64,000 nt of DNA from an uncultured Planctomycetaceae bacterium (lineage in GTDB: Bacteria > Planctomycetota > Planctomycetia > Pirellulales > PALSA-1355), in assembly GCA_963785305.1 (NCBI GenBank), contig CAWAUV010000005.1, forward strand, positions 224,001 through 288,000. Direction: 5' to 3'. The notes beneath the pieces were generated by a model. The model had not been told where the DNA came from and made no database searches. It saw only the letters and a program-made list of their open reading frames with translations. Positions 20,549 through 32,114 of this stretch are shown here, piece after piece (position 1 is the stretch's first letter; each line of letters opens with the position of its first letter). The position numbers and the translations under genes were made by a program.

Positions 20549-21975
20549 ATGGACATGCTCGGTTCGCGGCGACTCTCCGATGCCGGCGATTCAACGAAGC
20601 CGGGACGCTCGCTTTACGCGCCGCGCACTCTCGCCGGCTGGGGACTCTATCCGGTCGAGCGCTGCCAGACGGCGGCGCCGGTCGATCGAAGCCAACTCGC
20701 CGCCGCCGTGGCCGATCGCGGTCGAAGCGAACTGATTGCCCGCGGCTTGGGGCTGCGCCTACGGCGATTCATCGCTCAACAGCCAAGGCGGCGTGGTGCT
20801 GCAAACCGGGCTCGACGCCTTCATGGCCTTCGACCCGCGCGAGGGCGTGCTCGAATGCGAGGCCGGGGTATCGCTGGCCGACATGATCGAGCATCTGCAA
20901 CCGCGAGGCTGGTTTCTGCCCACCACGCCCGGCACCAAGTTCGTCACGCTCGGCGGAGCGATTGCCGCCGATGTGCATGGCAAGAACCATCATCGCGATG
21001 GCTCTTTCGGTCAGCATGTGCTCGATCTCAAGCTGATGCTGGCCGATGGATCGATCGAGCACTGTTCGCCCCAGCGGCGGAGCGAATTGTTTTGGGCCAC
21101 GGTGGGCGGCATGGGGCTGACCGGAGTGATTCTCAGTGCTCGCGTGCGGCTGATTCCGGTCGAGACCGCTTATTACAACGTAACCTACCGCCGCACGCGC
21201 GATCTCGACCAGACGCTCGCCGCGTTTGCCGACACCGATCGCGAGTTTCGCTATTCGGTCGCTTGGATCGACTGTTTGGCCGGCGGCGCGTCGCTCGGAC
21301 GCTCCGTGATTATGCTGGCCGACCATGCCCGCGCGGGCGATCTCCGCGGCCGAGCGGCCGACGATCCGCTGCGCGTGCCCGCGCGGAGCGACAAGACGGT
21401 TCCGTTTTATTTCCCCTCGCTCGCGCTCAACAGTCTCGGCGTGCGAATGTTCAACACGGTCTATTACGCCGCGCACTCCGATCGCCGGGCGACGGTCGAC
21501 TACGACACGTTCTTCTATCCGCTCGATCGCGTGCGGCATTGGAACCGAATCTATGGCCGCCGCGGGTTTGTGCAGTACCAGGCCCTGTTTCCCCCGCAAA
21601 CCTCGGCCCGCGGTTTGGTCGAGTTGCTCATGCGCGTGGCGGCCAGCCGGCGGGCATCGTTTCTGGCGGTGCTCAAGAGCAGCGGCGCGGCGAGCCCCGG
21701 CCTGCTCAGCTACTTGTATCCCGGCCACACGCTCGCGCTCGATCTGGCCATGAGCCCCGACATGCCGGCGCTGGTGGCCGAGCTCGACGCAATCCTGCTC
21801 AAACACGGCGGACGGCTCTATCTGGCCAAGGACGCGCTGATGACCGGGCCCGTGTTTCGCGAGATGTATCCGCGGCTCGGCGAGTTCTTGGCCATCAAGC
21901 TGCGCGGTCGATCCCCAGTGCCGCATGGTGTCGTCGCAAGCCCGACGGCTCGGAATCGTCGAACCGCGCGGATAG
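20549..21975 (+). CDS. FAD-binding oxidoreductase, DprE1-like (frameshifts at about 20755 and 21905)
   Basis: ARGLG..YGD, TPGTKFVTLGGAIAADVHGKNHH, GGMGLTG, FFYPLD, GRLYLAKD. Confidence 0.85.
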
Positions 21976-22140
21976 TCGACGAACCTCGCGATGCGGGAAA
22001 CTTGCGTAGCGCGAGGGTACAATGCCGGTACTTGTTGGGGCGGCCTTCCGGCCCGTCATTGCCTTCCTTGCGTTTTTTTCTCGCGAGCGTGCGCCATGCG
22101 AATTGTCGGTTTGGATTCTACTCGCCTTGACATTCGGCTC

Positions 22141-24853
22141 ATGCGAATTTCGCTGGCCCTGGCGATGCTCGTCGTTGTCGCGATCGAGCGCCTGCCGCTC
22201 GCCGCGGCCGACGATCGCGCGGGCGTTGTGCATCTCCATGTTGCGCCCGACGGCCACGATTATCATTCCGGGCGGCTTTCGACGAAAAACACCGCGGGCG
22301 ACGATGGTCCGCTCGCCTCGCTGGCCGGCGTGCGCGACGCGATTCGCGCGCGTGCGCCGCCGGAGCGCCGCGGCCGATCATCGTGCATCTTGCCTCGGGC
22401 GCCTATCGCGTCGCGGAGCCGGTGGTGTTCGACTCGCGCGACGGCGGCACGGCCGAGGCGCCGCTGCGATACGAAGGTCCCGCCGATGGTTCGGCCCTCA
22501 TCAGCGGCGGACGCGAGCTGCCGCCATTTCAACTTTCCGACGATGGGCTCTGGATGACCCATGTGCCCGAAGTTGCCGCCGGCCGATGGTATTTCGAGCA
22601 GCTTTGGGTCGGCGACCGACGGGCCACGCGAGCATGCGCTCCGAACGCGTTTTTCAGCTACATGCTCGATGTCGAAGAGCGGCCGGCCGATCCGCCGGCG
22701 CCGCCGGGCGCCTTCGAACAAACGATTTCCGTCGCGCCCGGCGATATCGCCTCGCTGGCCGGACTTGCGCCCGCCGAACTCGCCGATGTGCAACTCGTGG
22801 CGTTTCACAAATGGGACAACACGCGGCGCTTCCTCAAAGCCGCCGACCCGAGCGCGGGCGTCTTGCGCATCGTCGGCGCCAAGAGCAAGCCCTGGAACCC
22901 GCTCGGGCGCGACACCGGCTATCGCCTTGAAAATTATCGCGCCGCGCTCGACTCGCCCGGCGAATGGTTCTTGGCTCGCGATGGAAAACTGCTCTATAAG
23001 CCCCGCCCTGGCGAAGCGCTAGCCACGACTCGCGCCGTGGCGCCGGTGGCGGACAAATTGCTCGTGATCGCGGGCGATGCCTCGGCTGGGCATCGAGTCG
23101 AACATCTCACTGTCGCGAATCTCACCTTCGAACATGGCCAACTGCTGACGCCGCCCGGCGGATTCGACCCGGTGCAAGCCGCCGCGTTTGCCGAAGCACT
23201 GATCACGATCGATGGCGCCCGGCAGGTGAGATTCGAAAACTGCCGCATCGCGCACTTGGGAGGCTATGGCCTCTGGCTGCGGCGCGGCTGCCAGGAGTGC
23301 GCCGTCGAGCATTGCTACTTGCATGACCTTGGCGCCGGTGGAGTGCGCATTGGCGAAACCGCCATTCCGCGAAGCCGGCCGACGAGACCGGACACAATGC
23401 GGTGGAGAACAACATCGTTCGCTCGGCGGGCCGCGTGTTTCCTTGCGCGGTGGGGGTATGGATCGGTCAGAGCAGCGATAATCGCGTGACGCACAATGAA
23501 ATCGCGGATCTGTATTACACCGGAATTTCAGCCGGCTGGACCTGGGGCTACGCCGATAATCCCGCCCAGCGAAATACGATCGACTTCAATCACATCCATC
23601 ACCTCGGCTGGGGCCTCTTGAGCGACATGGGCGGAGTGTACACGCTCGGCAAGTCACCCGGCACGACGGTGAGCAACAATGTGATCCATGATATTTCGAG
23701 CTGGTCGTATGGCGGCTGGGGCCTCTACAACGACGAGGGGTCGACCGGCATCGTGATGGAAAACAACCTCGTCTATCGCACGAAAACCGGCGGCTACCAT
23801 CAGCACTACGGCCGCGACAATCTTATTCGCAACAATATCTTCGCCTATAGCCGCGAATCGCAATTGCAGCGCACTCGCGTCGAGAAGCATCGCTCGTTTA
23901 CCTTCGAGCGCAACATCGTTTATTTCGACGCCGGCTGGCTGCTGGCCGGCGCTTGGAAGGACGAAGGCGTCGTGCTGCGTGACAATTTGTATTTCGACTC
24001 GAGCGGCCGCCCCATCGAATTCCAGCACATGAGCTTTGCCGAGTGGCAGGCCGGCGGGCGCGATCAGGGCTCGATCATCGCCGATCCAAAGTTCGTCGAC
24101 CCGGCGGCGGGCGACTTTCACTTGCGACCTGATTCGCCGGCGCTGTCGATCGGCTTTAAGCCGTTTGATATGTCGCGGGCCGGCGTCGAGGGCGACGACG
24201 CTTGGCGCCGCTTGGCAAACGACATGACATTTCCCGAATTCACGCCGCCGCCACCGACTCCGCCGCTCGCGCTCGACGATGGCTTCGAAAAAACCGCTCC
24301 GGGCAGCGCTCCGCGGTTTGCCCATGTGCATGTGAGCGGCAAAGGCGACGCGATCGTGGTGAGCAACGAACAGGCGGCCAGCGGCAGTCAGTGTCTAAAG
24401 ATTCTCGACGCCGCCGGCCCGCCGCAAGCTTTCTATCCGTTCATGGACTACGCGCCGGCCTATAAACGGGGCGTCGCCCGGGCGGGATTCGACATTCGCC
24501 TGGAGCCTGGCGCTTTCTTCAGCCACGAATGGCGCGATCAGAAAAGCCCCTACCGCGTGGGGCCATCGATCCTGTTCAAAGATGGCGAATTGCACGTGGC
24601 CGGCAAGCCGCTCGCGGCCGCGCCGCCCGGCAAATGGCTGCATGTGGCGATCGAATGCCCGCTGGGCGACGCGGCCCGAGGCCGCTGGACATTGCAAGTG
24701 ACCGAGCCCGGCGCGGCGCCGCGAACATTTGCCGATTTGCCGGTCGGATCGGCCGATTGGCGCGAGCTCGACTGGTTTGGCTTTTCGAGCCCGGCAAACG
24801 CTCCGGTGGCGGTGTGGCTCGACAATCTCACGCTAGATGCCTCCGAGCGTTAA
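22141..24853 (+). CDS. Secreted right-handed parallel beta-helix protein (GH141-like), frameshifts at about 22370 and 23375
   Basis: HVAPDG.D...[48 protein letters not shown]. Confidence 0.75.
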
Positions 24854-24880
24854 TAGCCGGTTGAAATATCCAACAGGCTG
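24854..24880. repeat. 27-bp micro-MITE copy 2 with TTAA target duplication
   Basis: TTAA (24850-24853), TAGCCGGTTGAAATATCCAACAGGCTG, TTAA (24881-24884); sits on the stop codon of the beta-helix gene. Confidence 0.7.
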
Positions 24881-25006
24881 TTAAGACGTTTTGATCGCCG
24901 GCCGGCCGAACGACGCCTTGCGGCCTCGCGGGCTCGTGGTGTTTAATCGCGGCATTGCTTCATCGCGTTTAGGATGACTCGCGTCGAAAGGAATGAGGTG
25001 ACGTTC

Positions 25007-27134
25007 ATGCAACCAAGCCCGCTCGTGTCGCCGGGGTTTTTCGGCCAGTGGACCGCTTGTTGGCAGTTGGGTTCCGTGGTCGCGGCGCTGCTTGCTCCGC
25101 TGGCCCTGGCCGCTTGGGCACAGGCCGACGAAGGGATGTGGCTGTTTAGCGCGCCGCCCACGCGGCAGCTCAAGGAGCGCTACGGCTTCGAGCCGACCGC
25201 CCAGTGGCTCGACCATTTGCAACACGCCGCCGTGCGATTCAACAGCGGCGGCTCCGGTTCATTTGTCTCGGCCGATGGGCTTGTCATCACGAACCACCAT
25301 GTCGGCGCCGACGCGCTCCAAAAGCTTTCCGACGAAAAGCACGACTATGTGAAACAAGGCTTTCACGCCGCGCGGCGCGAAGATGAAGTTCGCTGCGTGG
25401 ATCTCGAGCTCAATATGCTGGAAAGCACCGAGGATGTCACCGCGCAGCGTCGAAGCGGCGATCACTCCCGGCCTCGACGCCGCGGCGGCCCAGCTCGCCC
25501 GCCGGGCGGTGATGAACACGATCGAACAGGAGTCGCTCTCCTCCACCGGCCTGCGCAGCGACGTGGTGACGCTCTACCATGGCGGTGAATATCATCTCTA
25601 TCGCTACAAGAAATACACCGATGTGCGACTCGTGTTCGCTCCCGAGATCGGCATCGCGTTTTTTGGCGGCGATCCCGACAACTTCGAGTATCCTCGCTAC
25701 GACCTGGATATCTGTTTCTTTCGGGTCTATGAACATGGCGAGCCGGCCAAGATCAAGCATTTCTTGAAGTGGAGCGTCGAGGGGCCGAAGCAAGACGAGC
25801 TGGTGTTCGTGGCGGGAAATCCCGGCCACACCGATCGATTGAACACGGTCGATCATTTGGAATTCTTGCGCGACACGGCGTTTCCGTCGACGCTCAATCG
25901 TCTGCGGCGCGAGGAAGTGCTGCTCAAGACATTCGCCGACCGGAGCAAGGAATGCGCGCGCCGCGCGCAGGACGAGCTTTTCGGCGTGCAAAACAGCCGC
26001 AAAGCGCGTTTGGGCGGCCTCGATGGTTTGCAAGATCCGCGGCTCATGGCCACGAAGCGAGCCGCCGAACGGACACTGCGCGAGCAGGTGGCCCGGGATC
26101 CGAAGCTCGCGTTCGCCAAGGGGGCCTGGGACGATGTGGCGACCTCGATTCACGCCTGGGGCGAGGTCTATGTCGACAATGTATATCTCGAGCAAGGCGC
26201 GGCGTTTCGCAGCCAACTCTACGCGATCGCGCACGCGCTGGTGCGCATGGCCGAGGAGACACCCAAGCCCAATTCGGAGCGGCTCCGCGAATTTCGCGAG
26301 TCGAATCGCGAATCGCTCGAGCAATCGCTCTTCTCGACCGCCCCGATTTATGATGACCTGGAAATTCTCACGCTCGGCGATTCGCTCGCCATGTTCATGG
26401 AGCGGTTCGGCGCCAATCATCCGCTGGTCGTGAAAGTGCTCGATGGCAAGTCGCCTCGCGAGCGCGCCGCCGAGCTCGTGCATGGCACCCGGCTTGCCGA
26501 TGTGGCGGTTCGCAAGCAACTCGCCGCCGGCGGTGAAACGGCGATCGCGAGCTCAAGCGATGCGATGATCGAGCTCGCCCGACTGGTCGATGGCCCGGCC
26601 CGGCAAGTGCGAAAGCAGTATGAACAACGCGTCGACGAGCCGCTCCGCCAGGCCTACAACAAGATCGCGCGGGCCAAGTTCCTGATCGGCGGGCGCAATG
26701 AATATCCCGACGCCACATTCACCCTGCGACTGGCTTTCGGCACGGTGCGCGGCTACGAGCAAGGCGGCCGGCGGATTCCGGCCTGGACGACGATCGGCGG
26801 CGCCTTCGAACACGCGGCCGAGCACGACAATCAACCGCCCTTTCAGTTGCCCGCGCGTTGGCTCGAGCGCCGCGATCAGCTTGATATGGCCACGCCGCTC
26901 AATTTTGTGTCGACCGCCGACATTATCGGCGGCAATAGCGGCAGCCCGGTGGTAAATCGGGCGAATGAATTCGTGGGCATTATTTTCGATGGCAATATCG
27001 AATCGCTGGTGCTCGATTTCATGTACACCGACAAACAAGCCCGCGCCACCTCGGTGCATTCCGCGGCGATTCTCGAAGCGCTGCGAAAAGTCTACGACGC
27101 CCAGAAGCTGGTCGATGAGCTCACGGCTCCTTGA
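25007..27134 (+). CDS. S46 family dipeptidyl peptidase (frameshift at about 25445)
   Basis: ADEGMW, SGSFVSADGLVITNHHV, FGGDPDNFEYPR, PDATFTLRL, DIIGGNSGSPV, FDGN. Confidence 0.9.
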
Positions 27135-27195
27135 CAGGGTGTTGAAAAGCGCCGTCTGTTGAAATATGCCCTCGTGGTATTTTTCGACCTCGCTG
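27135..27195. repeat. Degenerate MITE with CAGxxxGTTGAAAA-type ends
   Basis: CAGGGTGTTGAAAA directly after the TGA stop; right end TTTTTCGACCTCGCTG; ends resemble the 27-bp elements. Confidence 0.45.
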
Positions 27196-27383
27196 GGCGC
27201 TGAACAAGGTTCGTCGAATATCGCGAGAGGGGGAGTTGTCGGATCGGCTCTTGCGAGGTCATGCATCCACCACGAATGCTTAAGACGGCGCCCAAATCGC
27301 GTCGTAGGCTTGTGAACGGCCCGATTTACGGCCTAAAATAGAACTGACGGACTTCCGTTCGTTCGTTTTCATGGGGCTTTCCG

Positions 27384-28675
27384 ATGCTTTGTTGGTTTCG
27401 ATGGTTGGCCTGGAGCGCCGCGCTGGTGATGATCGCCGGTTGCGGCGCCGCGACGCATGCGCCGCGCGAACCGGTCGCCGAAGCCGCCGCGTCGCAAGAC
27501 GAGGCGGTGGCGATTGCAACCGAGGCCATCATTTCCCGTTCGCATGGCAAGCTCGAACTGCTGAGCCCGGTCTATGAGATCGACAAGCTCTACCCATCGA
27601 TGACCGGCCCCTGGAGCCGAGCGCGGGTCTGTTTGCTCGAAACTCCCCAGCCCGAATTGCTCTGGATCACTGGTTGCCGAGTCGAGATGGTCGACGCCGA
27701 GGCCGAGGAGCCGATGTCGCCGCGGTTCATGTGCCATGTGAATCTCGATCTCGATATCGAGCAACACAAAGAGCGATTCGGCGTGAAGAGCTTTCGCGAC
27801 GAGCGTCTGTTCACGCTCTCGCAGGGGCAACTGGAAACCCATTTACCGCCGGGCTTCGGAGTGCCGATCTTTTCCGATGAGACCATCGATATTTCCACCC
27901 AAGCGCTGAATCTGAATTGGCCCGACGAAAAATTCCGCGTCCGGCATCATGTGACGGTCGAGTACACGCGGCAGTGCGATCTGGCGTCGCCCATGCGGCC
28001 GCTCTATGAAACGGGCGTCGTGGGTCTCGTGTCGCTCGAAGGGCATGAGGTGGCGTTCGACGCCAATGAGCTCACGGCCGGGCCGAAGTGTCCCTCGTGT
28101 TGCGCGCCGGCAAAAAAGCCGTGGAATGGGCCGAAGGGCTCGATCGCTACGCCCGCCGATTCAGCAACCACTGGATCGTGAAGCCGGGCCGCCATGAATA
28201 TCGCACCCGGGCCACGTCGACGCTCAATCTCACGGCCGACACCACGATTCACCATATCGCCGTGCATTTGCATCCTTGGGCCGAAAGCATTTCACTCACC
28301 GACCTCACCTCTGGGCAGGTTGTGTTCGAGAGCCACGCCAAGAACCTCGACGACTCGATTGGACTCTCCGAGGTCGACTCGCTGTCGAGCCCCACCGGCG
28401 TTCCGGTCTACCAGAACCACGAATACGAACTGCTCACGATCTACAACAACACGACCGACGTGGATCAAGACGCGATGGCCGTCATGTACGCGTATCTGCT
28501 CGATAAGGACTATCATCGACCCCATGTGGCCGGCGATCCGGTCGCGCCGGGCGGCGCCGTGGCGGCGCGTCTCGGGGTCATGGAGCCCTCGGCGGTTGGA
28601 GTTTTGCCCGGAAATAGCCCACAGGCGGCGGTTCAAACGGATCGGCCGGCCGCGCTTTCGACGCCGGTGAAGTAG
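27384..28675 (+). CDS. Hypothetical lipoprotein, possibly copper type II monooxygenase-like fold (frameshift at about 28100)
   Basis: Lipobox-like MIAGC; LPPGFG; HHIAVHLHP and DAMAVMY near the C-terminus. Confidence 0.5.
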
Positions 28676-28694
28676 CCGGGGAATCTGAGCCGCG

Positions 28695-30148
28695 ATGGAT
28701 TCCGATGGGCTGGAAACTCGCGTCGTGGTTCTGCGGCGTTTCGCGGCGGCGTTTTTCTTGATCCTCATGGCGGCGACCTGGCCCCTGTGGACGCCGGAGC
28801 ACGGTTTTCCGCAAGTTCCCTTCGCCCGCTGGCTGGGGCGACTGCCCGATAGCGTCCAGTGGCTGTCGCTGGCCGCGGTGGTGGCCGCTTGGCTGGCGGC
28901 GCTCGGCGCCGCGAATTCCACGCGCCTGGCTTGGCCGAGCGCCCTCGCCGCGATTGTGTTCACCCTGGTGGCCTTGGGCTTCGATCAACATCGGGCGCAG
29001 GCGTGGGCCTATCAGATCACGTTGTCGCTCATGGCGCTTGCGTCTTGCCGGCGCCTTCGGCATTGCGCTGGCTTCGCTGGCTCACGATCAGCATCTATCT
29101 CTATTCGGCGTGGTCGAAATGCGATTGCACTTTCCTCACCTCGCTGGGACCGATGTTCGTCGCGGCGCTCGCGAAAGCGGTCGGATTTTCGCCCGACGCC
29201 GATTGGCTCTCGCGTTCGTCGCGGGCATTGGCCTTTCTGTTCCCGCTGGGTGAAATGCTCGTCGCACTCCTGTTGGCTTGGCCCACGACCCGACGAGCGG
29301 GCATCGTGCTGGCGATTCTTTCCCATGGTCTGCTGCTCGGGATTCTTGGTCCCTGGGGGCTCGATCATCGCCTTGGAGTGCTCGTTTGGAACATGTATTT
29401 CATGGTGCAAACTCCGCTAGTGATGCTTCCCGCGACCGGTCCCAGGCCCCGAAGCGCGGGGAAACCAGCGCCGATCGTGAAAACGCCGGACATGCTTCCA
29501 GCCGCCGCCCCCATTTCCACAATGCCGCGTCCCGCGCTGTGCGCCGATGCGGCCCGAGCGACTTTAGTCGCGGCGATGGTTCTTCCGCTTGGCGAATCGT
29601 GGGGGTTTTGCGATCCGTGGATGGCGTGGAGTCTTTATGCTCCGCGCGTGGCCAAGACGGAAATCTATCTCCACGACGACTACGCCCCACGGGCCGACGA
29701 AGACGCCGCCACGGGCGAAAGCGAGAGCCGAGATGCTTTTGTCGGGTTCGCCCCGCCGGAGGTCGCGCGGCCGTTTTTGACGAACCATTCGCGACAGGGC
29801 TGGCGACTTCTGCGGGCCGATCTTTGGTCGCTCAGCGCGACGCATTCGCCGATCGCGCCGCAAAGCCGCTTTCAACTAGCGGTGGCGTCGTGGCTGGCCG
29901 ATGAAATGGCCACCGCGAGCAAGGCTGAGCCGTTGTCAACGAACGGGAATGTGAAAGTCGAGCGCTGGGGGCCGGCCGATCGCTGGACCGGCGCCCGCGA
30001 GCGGCTGCCGGAGCTTATTGGTCGCGATGCGATTCGCGAGGCGACCGGCCGCCATTGGCTCCATGCGCAACCGCGCGAAACCGCTCGACCCGCGGCAAGC
30101 GCCGATGTTCACCAGCGGACGAACCGTTCGTCAAGCGACGGCGAATGA
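28695..30148 (+). CDS. Hypothetical multi-pass membrane protein (HTTM/DoxX-like); frameshift at about 29040
   Basis: Hydrophobic segments; DQHRAQAWAYQ, SIYLYSAWSK, VLVWN, AWSLY. Confidence 0.55.
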
Positions 30149-30176
30149 GGCATTTGCGATTCGGCGGGGAGCGTCG

Positions 30177-31622
30177 TCAGAGAAACAGCCAATTGTGCAA
30201 CGCGAGGATCGGCGCGAGCACGGCGAAGCTGTACACACAGTAGCCAAAGAAGCTCGGCATCCGCACTCCGGCTTTCTCGGCGATGCTCTTGACCATGAAA
30301 TTCGGCCCATTGCCGATATAGGTCATGGCGCCCATGCACACGGCTCCGAGGCTAATGCCGGTGAGCAGCCGCGCCGCCACGGGCAGGGCGCCGGCGCGGT
30401 CGTTGGGCAGTTCCTTGGCGGCTTCGAAGAAGACCAGATACGTCGGCGCATTGTCGAGCACGCTCGAGAGCGAGCCGGTGGCCCAAAAGAATTTTTGCGG
30501 TGTGTCGATGCCGAGATTCGCACCTTCGAGCCCCAGAATATGGAGGGCTGGCTGCATGCAAATAAAAATTCCGATGAAGAGCGCTCCCACTTCGACGATC
30601 GCGAGGTAATCGAAGCTGTTGGCGTCGCGCACCCTGTGCGAGCCGAGCGAAAGCGAGAGCGCCACGAAGACAAGCTGCGTCACCTCCCGCAAATACGGCC
30701 ACGGATGCCAGCCGGAGCCCGGCAACGGTTGGCTCGAGTCGAGCAGGGCCACCGACAGAATCACACCGAGCAGCAAGATCACGTTGGGCCAGAGACCGCC
30801 GATCCGAATCGCATGGCGCCGCGTATCGTCGCGAAGCCGATCGGCCTGGGCTTCGCGCGGATAGGCATACAGGCGGTCCCAAAGAAAATAGACCGCCAGC
30901 AGCAGGCCATTGATAAATAGCCAGCTTTTCCAGAGCGAAAGGGTCCACAAAAACGGCACGCCGGCGAGATAGCCCAAAAACAGCGGCGGATCGCCGAGCG
31001 GCAGCAACAAACCGCCGCAATTGCAAACCACGAAGATAAAGAACACGGCCGTATGAGCGACATGTTTCCGCTCGCGATTCGTTTCCAAGAGCGGCCGCAC
31101 CAGCAACATCGCGGCCCCGGTGGTGCCGATCAGACTGGCCAAGAGCGCGCCCAGCGCGAGAAACGTCATGTTGACCAGCGGATGAGCCGGCAGATCGCCG
31201 GCAATTCGAATACCGCCGCTAATGGTGTACAGGCTGAACAAGAGCACCATGAACGGGATATAGTCTTCGAGCACGACATGGGCCAAAGTGTGCGCCGCGC
31301 GGCCAATGCTCGCCTCGGGCTGAAGGAACGCCAGATAGGCGAGCGTCACCAGGGCCAGGGTCATCGCCACCAGCAATTTGTTCAGATTGCGCTCCCACCA
31401 ATGGGCAGCCTGCGCGAGAAGCGGCAACACCGCGATCGCCCCCAAGAGCATGGCGAACGGCAGCACCGACCAGAAATGCGGCGCTACGTCGGCGCGGGGC
31501 GGATGCGGCAAATGCCCGACGCCGCCGACGCCGACCGCCGCGAAATACGCGAGCGCTAGGACGCCGATTCCCACCACGACCGGGCGGTGTTTATTGAGCG
31601 GCGGCGATTCATTTTCGGGCAT
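30177..31622 (-). CDS. Putative sodium:proton antiporter (ion-transporter superfamily)
   Basis: IGTTGAAMLL, NCGGLLLPLGDPPLFLGYL, LSSVLDNAPTY, GAMTYIGNGPNFMVK. Confidence 0.85.
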   Translation of the reverse strand: MPENESPPLNKHRPVVVGIGVLALAYFAAVGVGGVGHLPHPPRADVAPHFWSVLPFAMLLGAIAVLPLLAQAAHWWERNLNKLLVAMTLALVTLAYLAFLQPEASIGRAAHTLAHVVLEDYIPFMVLLFSLYTISGGIRIAGDLPAHPLVNMTFLALGALLASLIGTTGAAMLLVRPLLETNRERKHVAHTAVFFIFVVCNCGGLLLPLGDPPLFLGYLAGVPFLWTLSLWKSWLFINGLLLAVYFLWDRLYAYPREAQADRLRDDTRRHAIRIGGLWPNVILLLGVILSVALLDSSQPLPGSGWHPWPYLREVTQLVFVALSLSLGSHRVRDANSFDYLAIVEVGALFIGIFICMQPALHILGLEGANLGIDTPQKFFWATGSLSSVLDNAPTYLVFFEAAKELPNDRAGALPVAARLLTGISLGAVCMGAMTYIGNGPNFMVKSIAEKAGVRMPSFFGYCVYSFAVLAPILALHNWLFL

Positions 31623-31694
31623 TGTCACCAAGCATTGTCACCAAGCATTGTCACCAAGCATTGTCACCAAGCATTGTCACCAAGCATTGTCACC
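31619..31694. repeat. Perfect 13-bp tandem repeat (GCATTGTCACCAA) x5.8 over the antiporter start codon
   Basis: Five full units and one partial unit read directly; the CAT of the first unit (31620-31622) is the antiporter ATG. Confidence 0.95.
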
Positions 31695-32042
31695 GCGAAC
31701 AAAACCTTCCGCTGGCCGCTTCACCCGTTAAATTCGAAATTCACGATGCGGCCGTAATTCGATGGGCAGTATTGAACAATCGTCGCCGGCGCGAGTTCGC
31801 GGCCAGGACGACCCGCTTTCACGCCTTGGGCTCCCGTCGATCAACATAGCCCAGAAGGCGATGGATGAAAACACCCCGACTTGGGCGGGCCAGGCGAGTG
31901 ACCCGCCCAAGCCGTAGGGCGCACCACTGGCTAGGCGGAAGCCAGAGTACGTAAGGTTTGCGTTGGTGTGTCGTTCCGAGAAAACCAAGCAGTCACGGGC
32001 TTGGACGACTTCGCGATCGGATGAACACGGAGCGCGAAGGCG

Positions 32043-32096
32043 AATTCAAGAAGCCCCCCATCCCCGGCAGCCTTCCTGGCGCCGAGGATGGAGGGC
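32043..32096 (-). terminator. Probable intrinsic terminator after amtB
   Basis: Stem 32053-32068 with 32081-32096, followed on the minus strand by TTCTTGAATT. Confidence 0.55.
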
Positions 32097-32114
32097 CACC
32101 CCATACGTTTAATC

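Noticed and set aside
31619..31694. Tandem repeat as a CRISPR array
   Set aside because: 13-bp units with no spacers and no cas genes.
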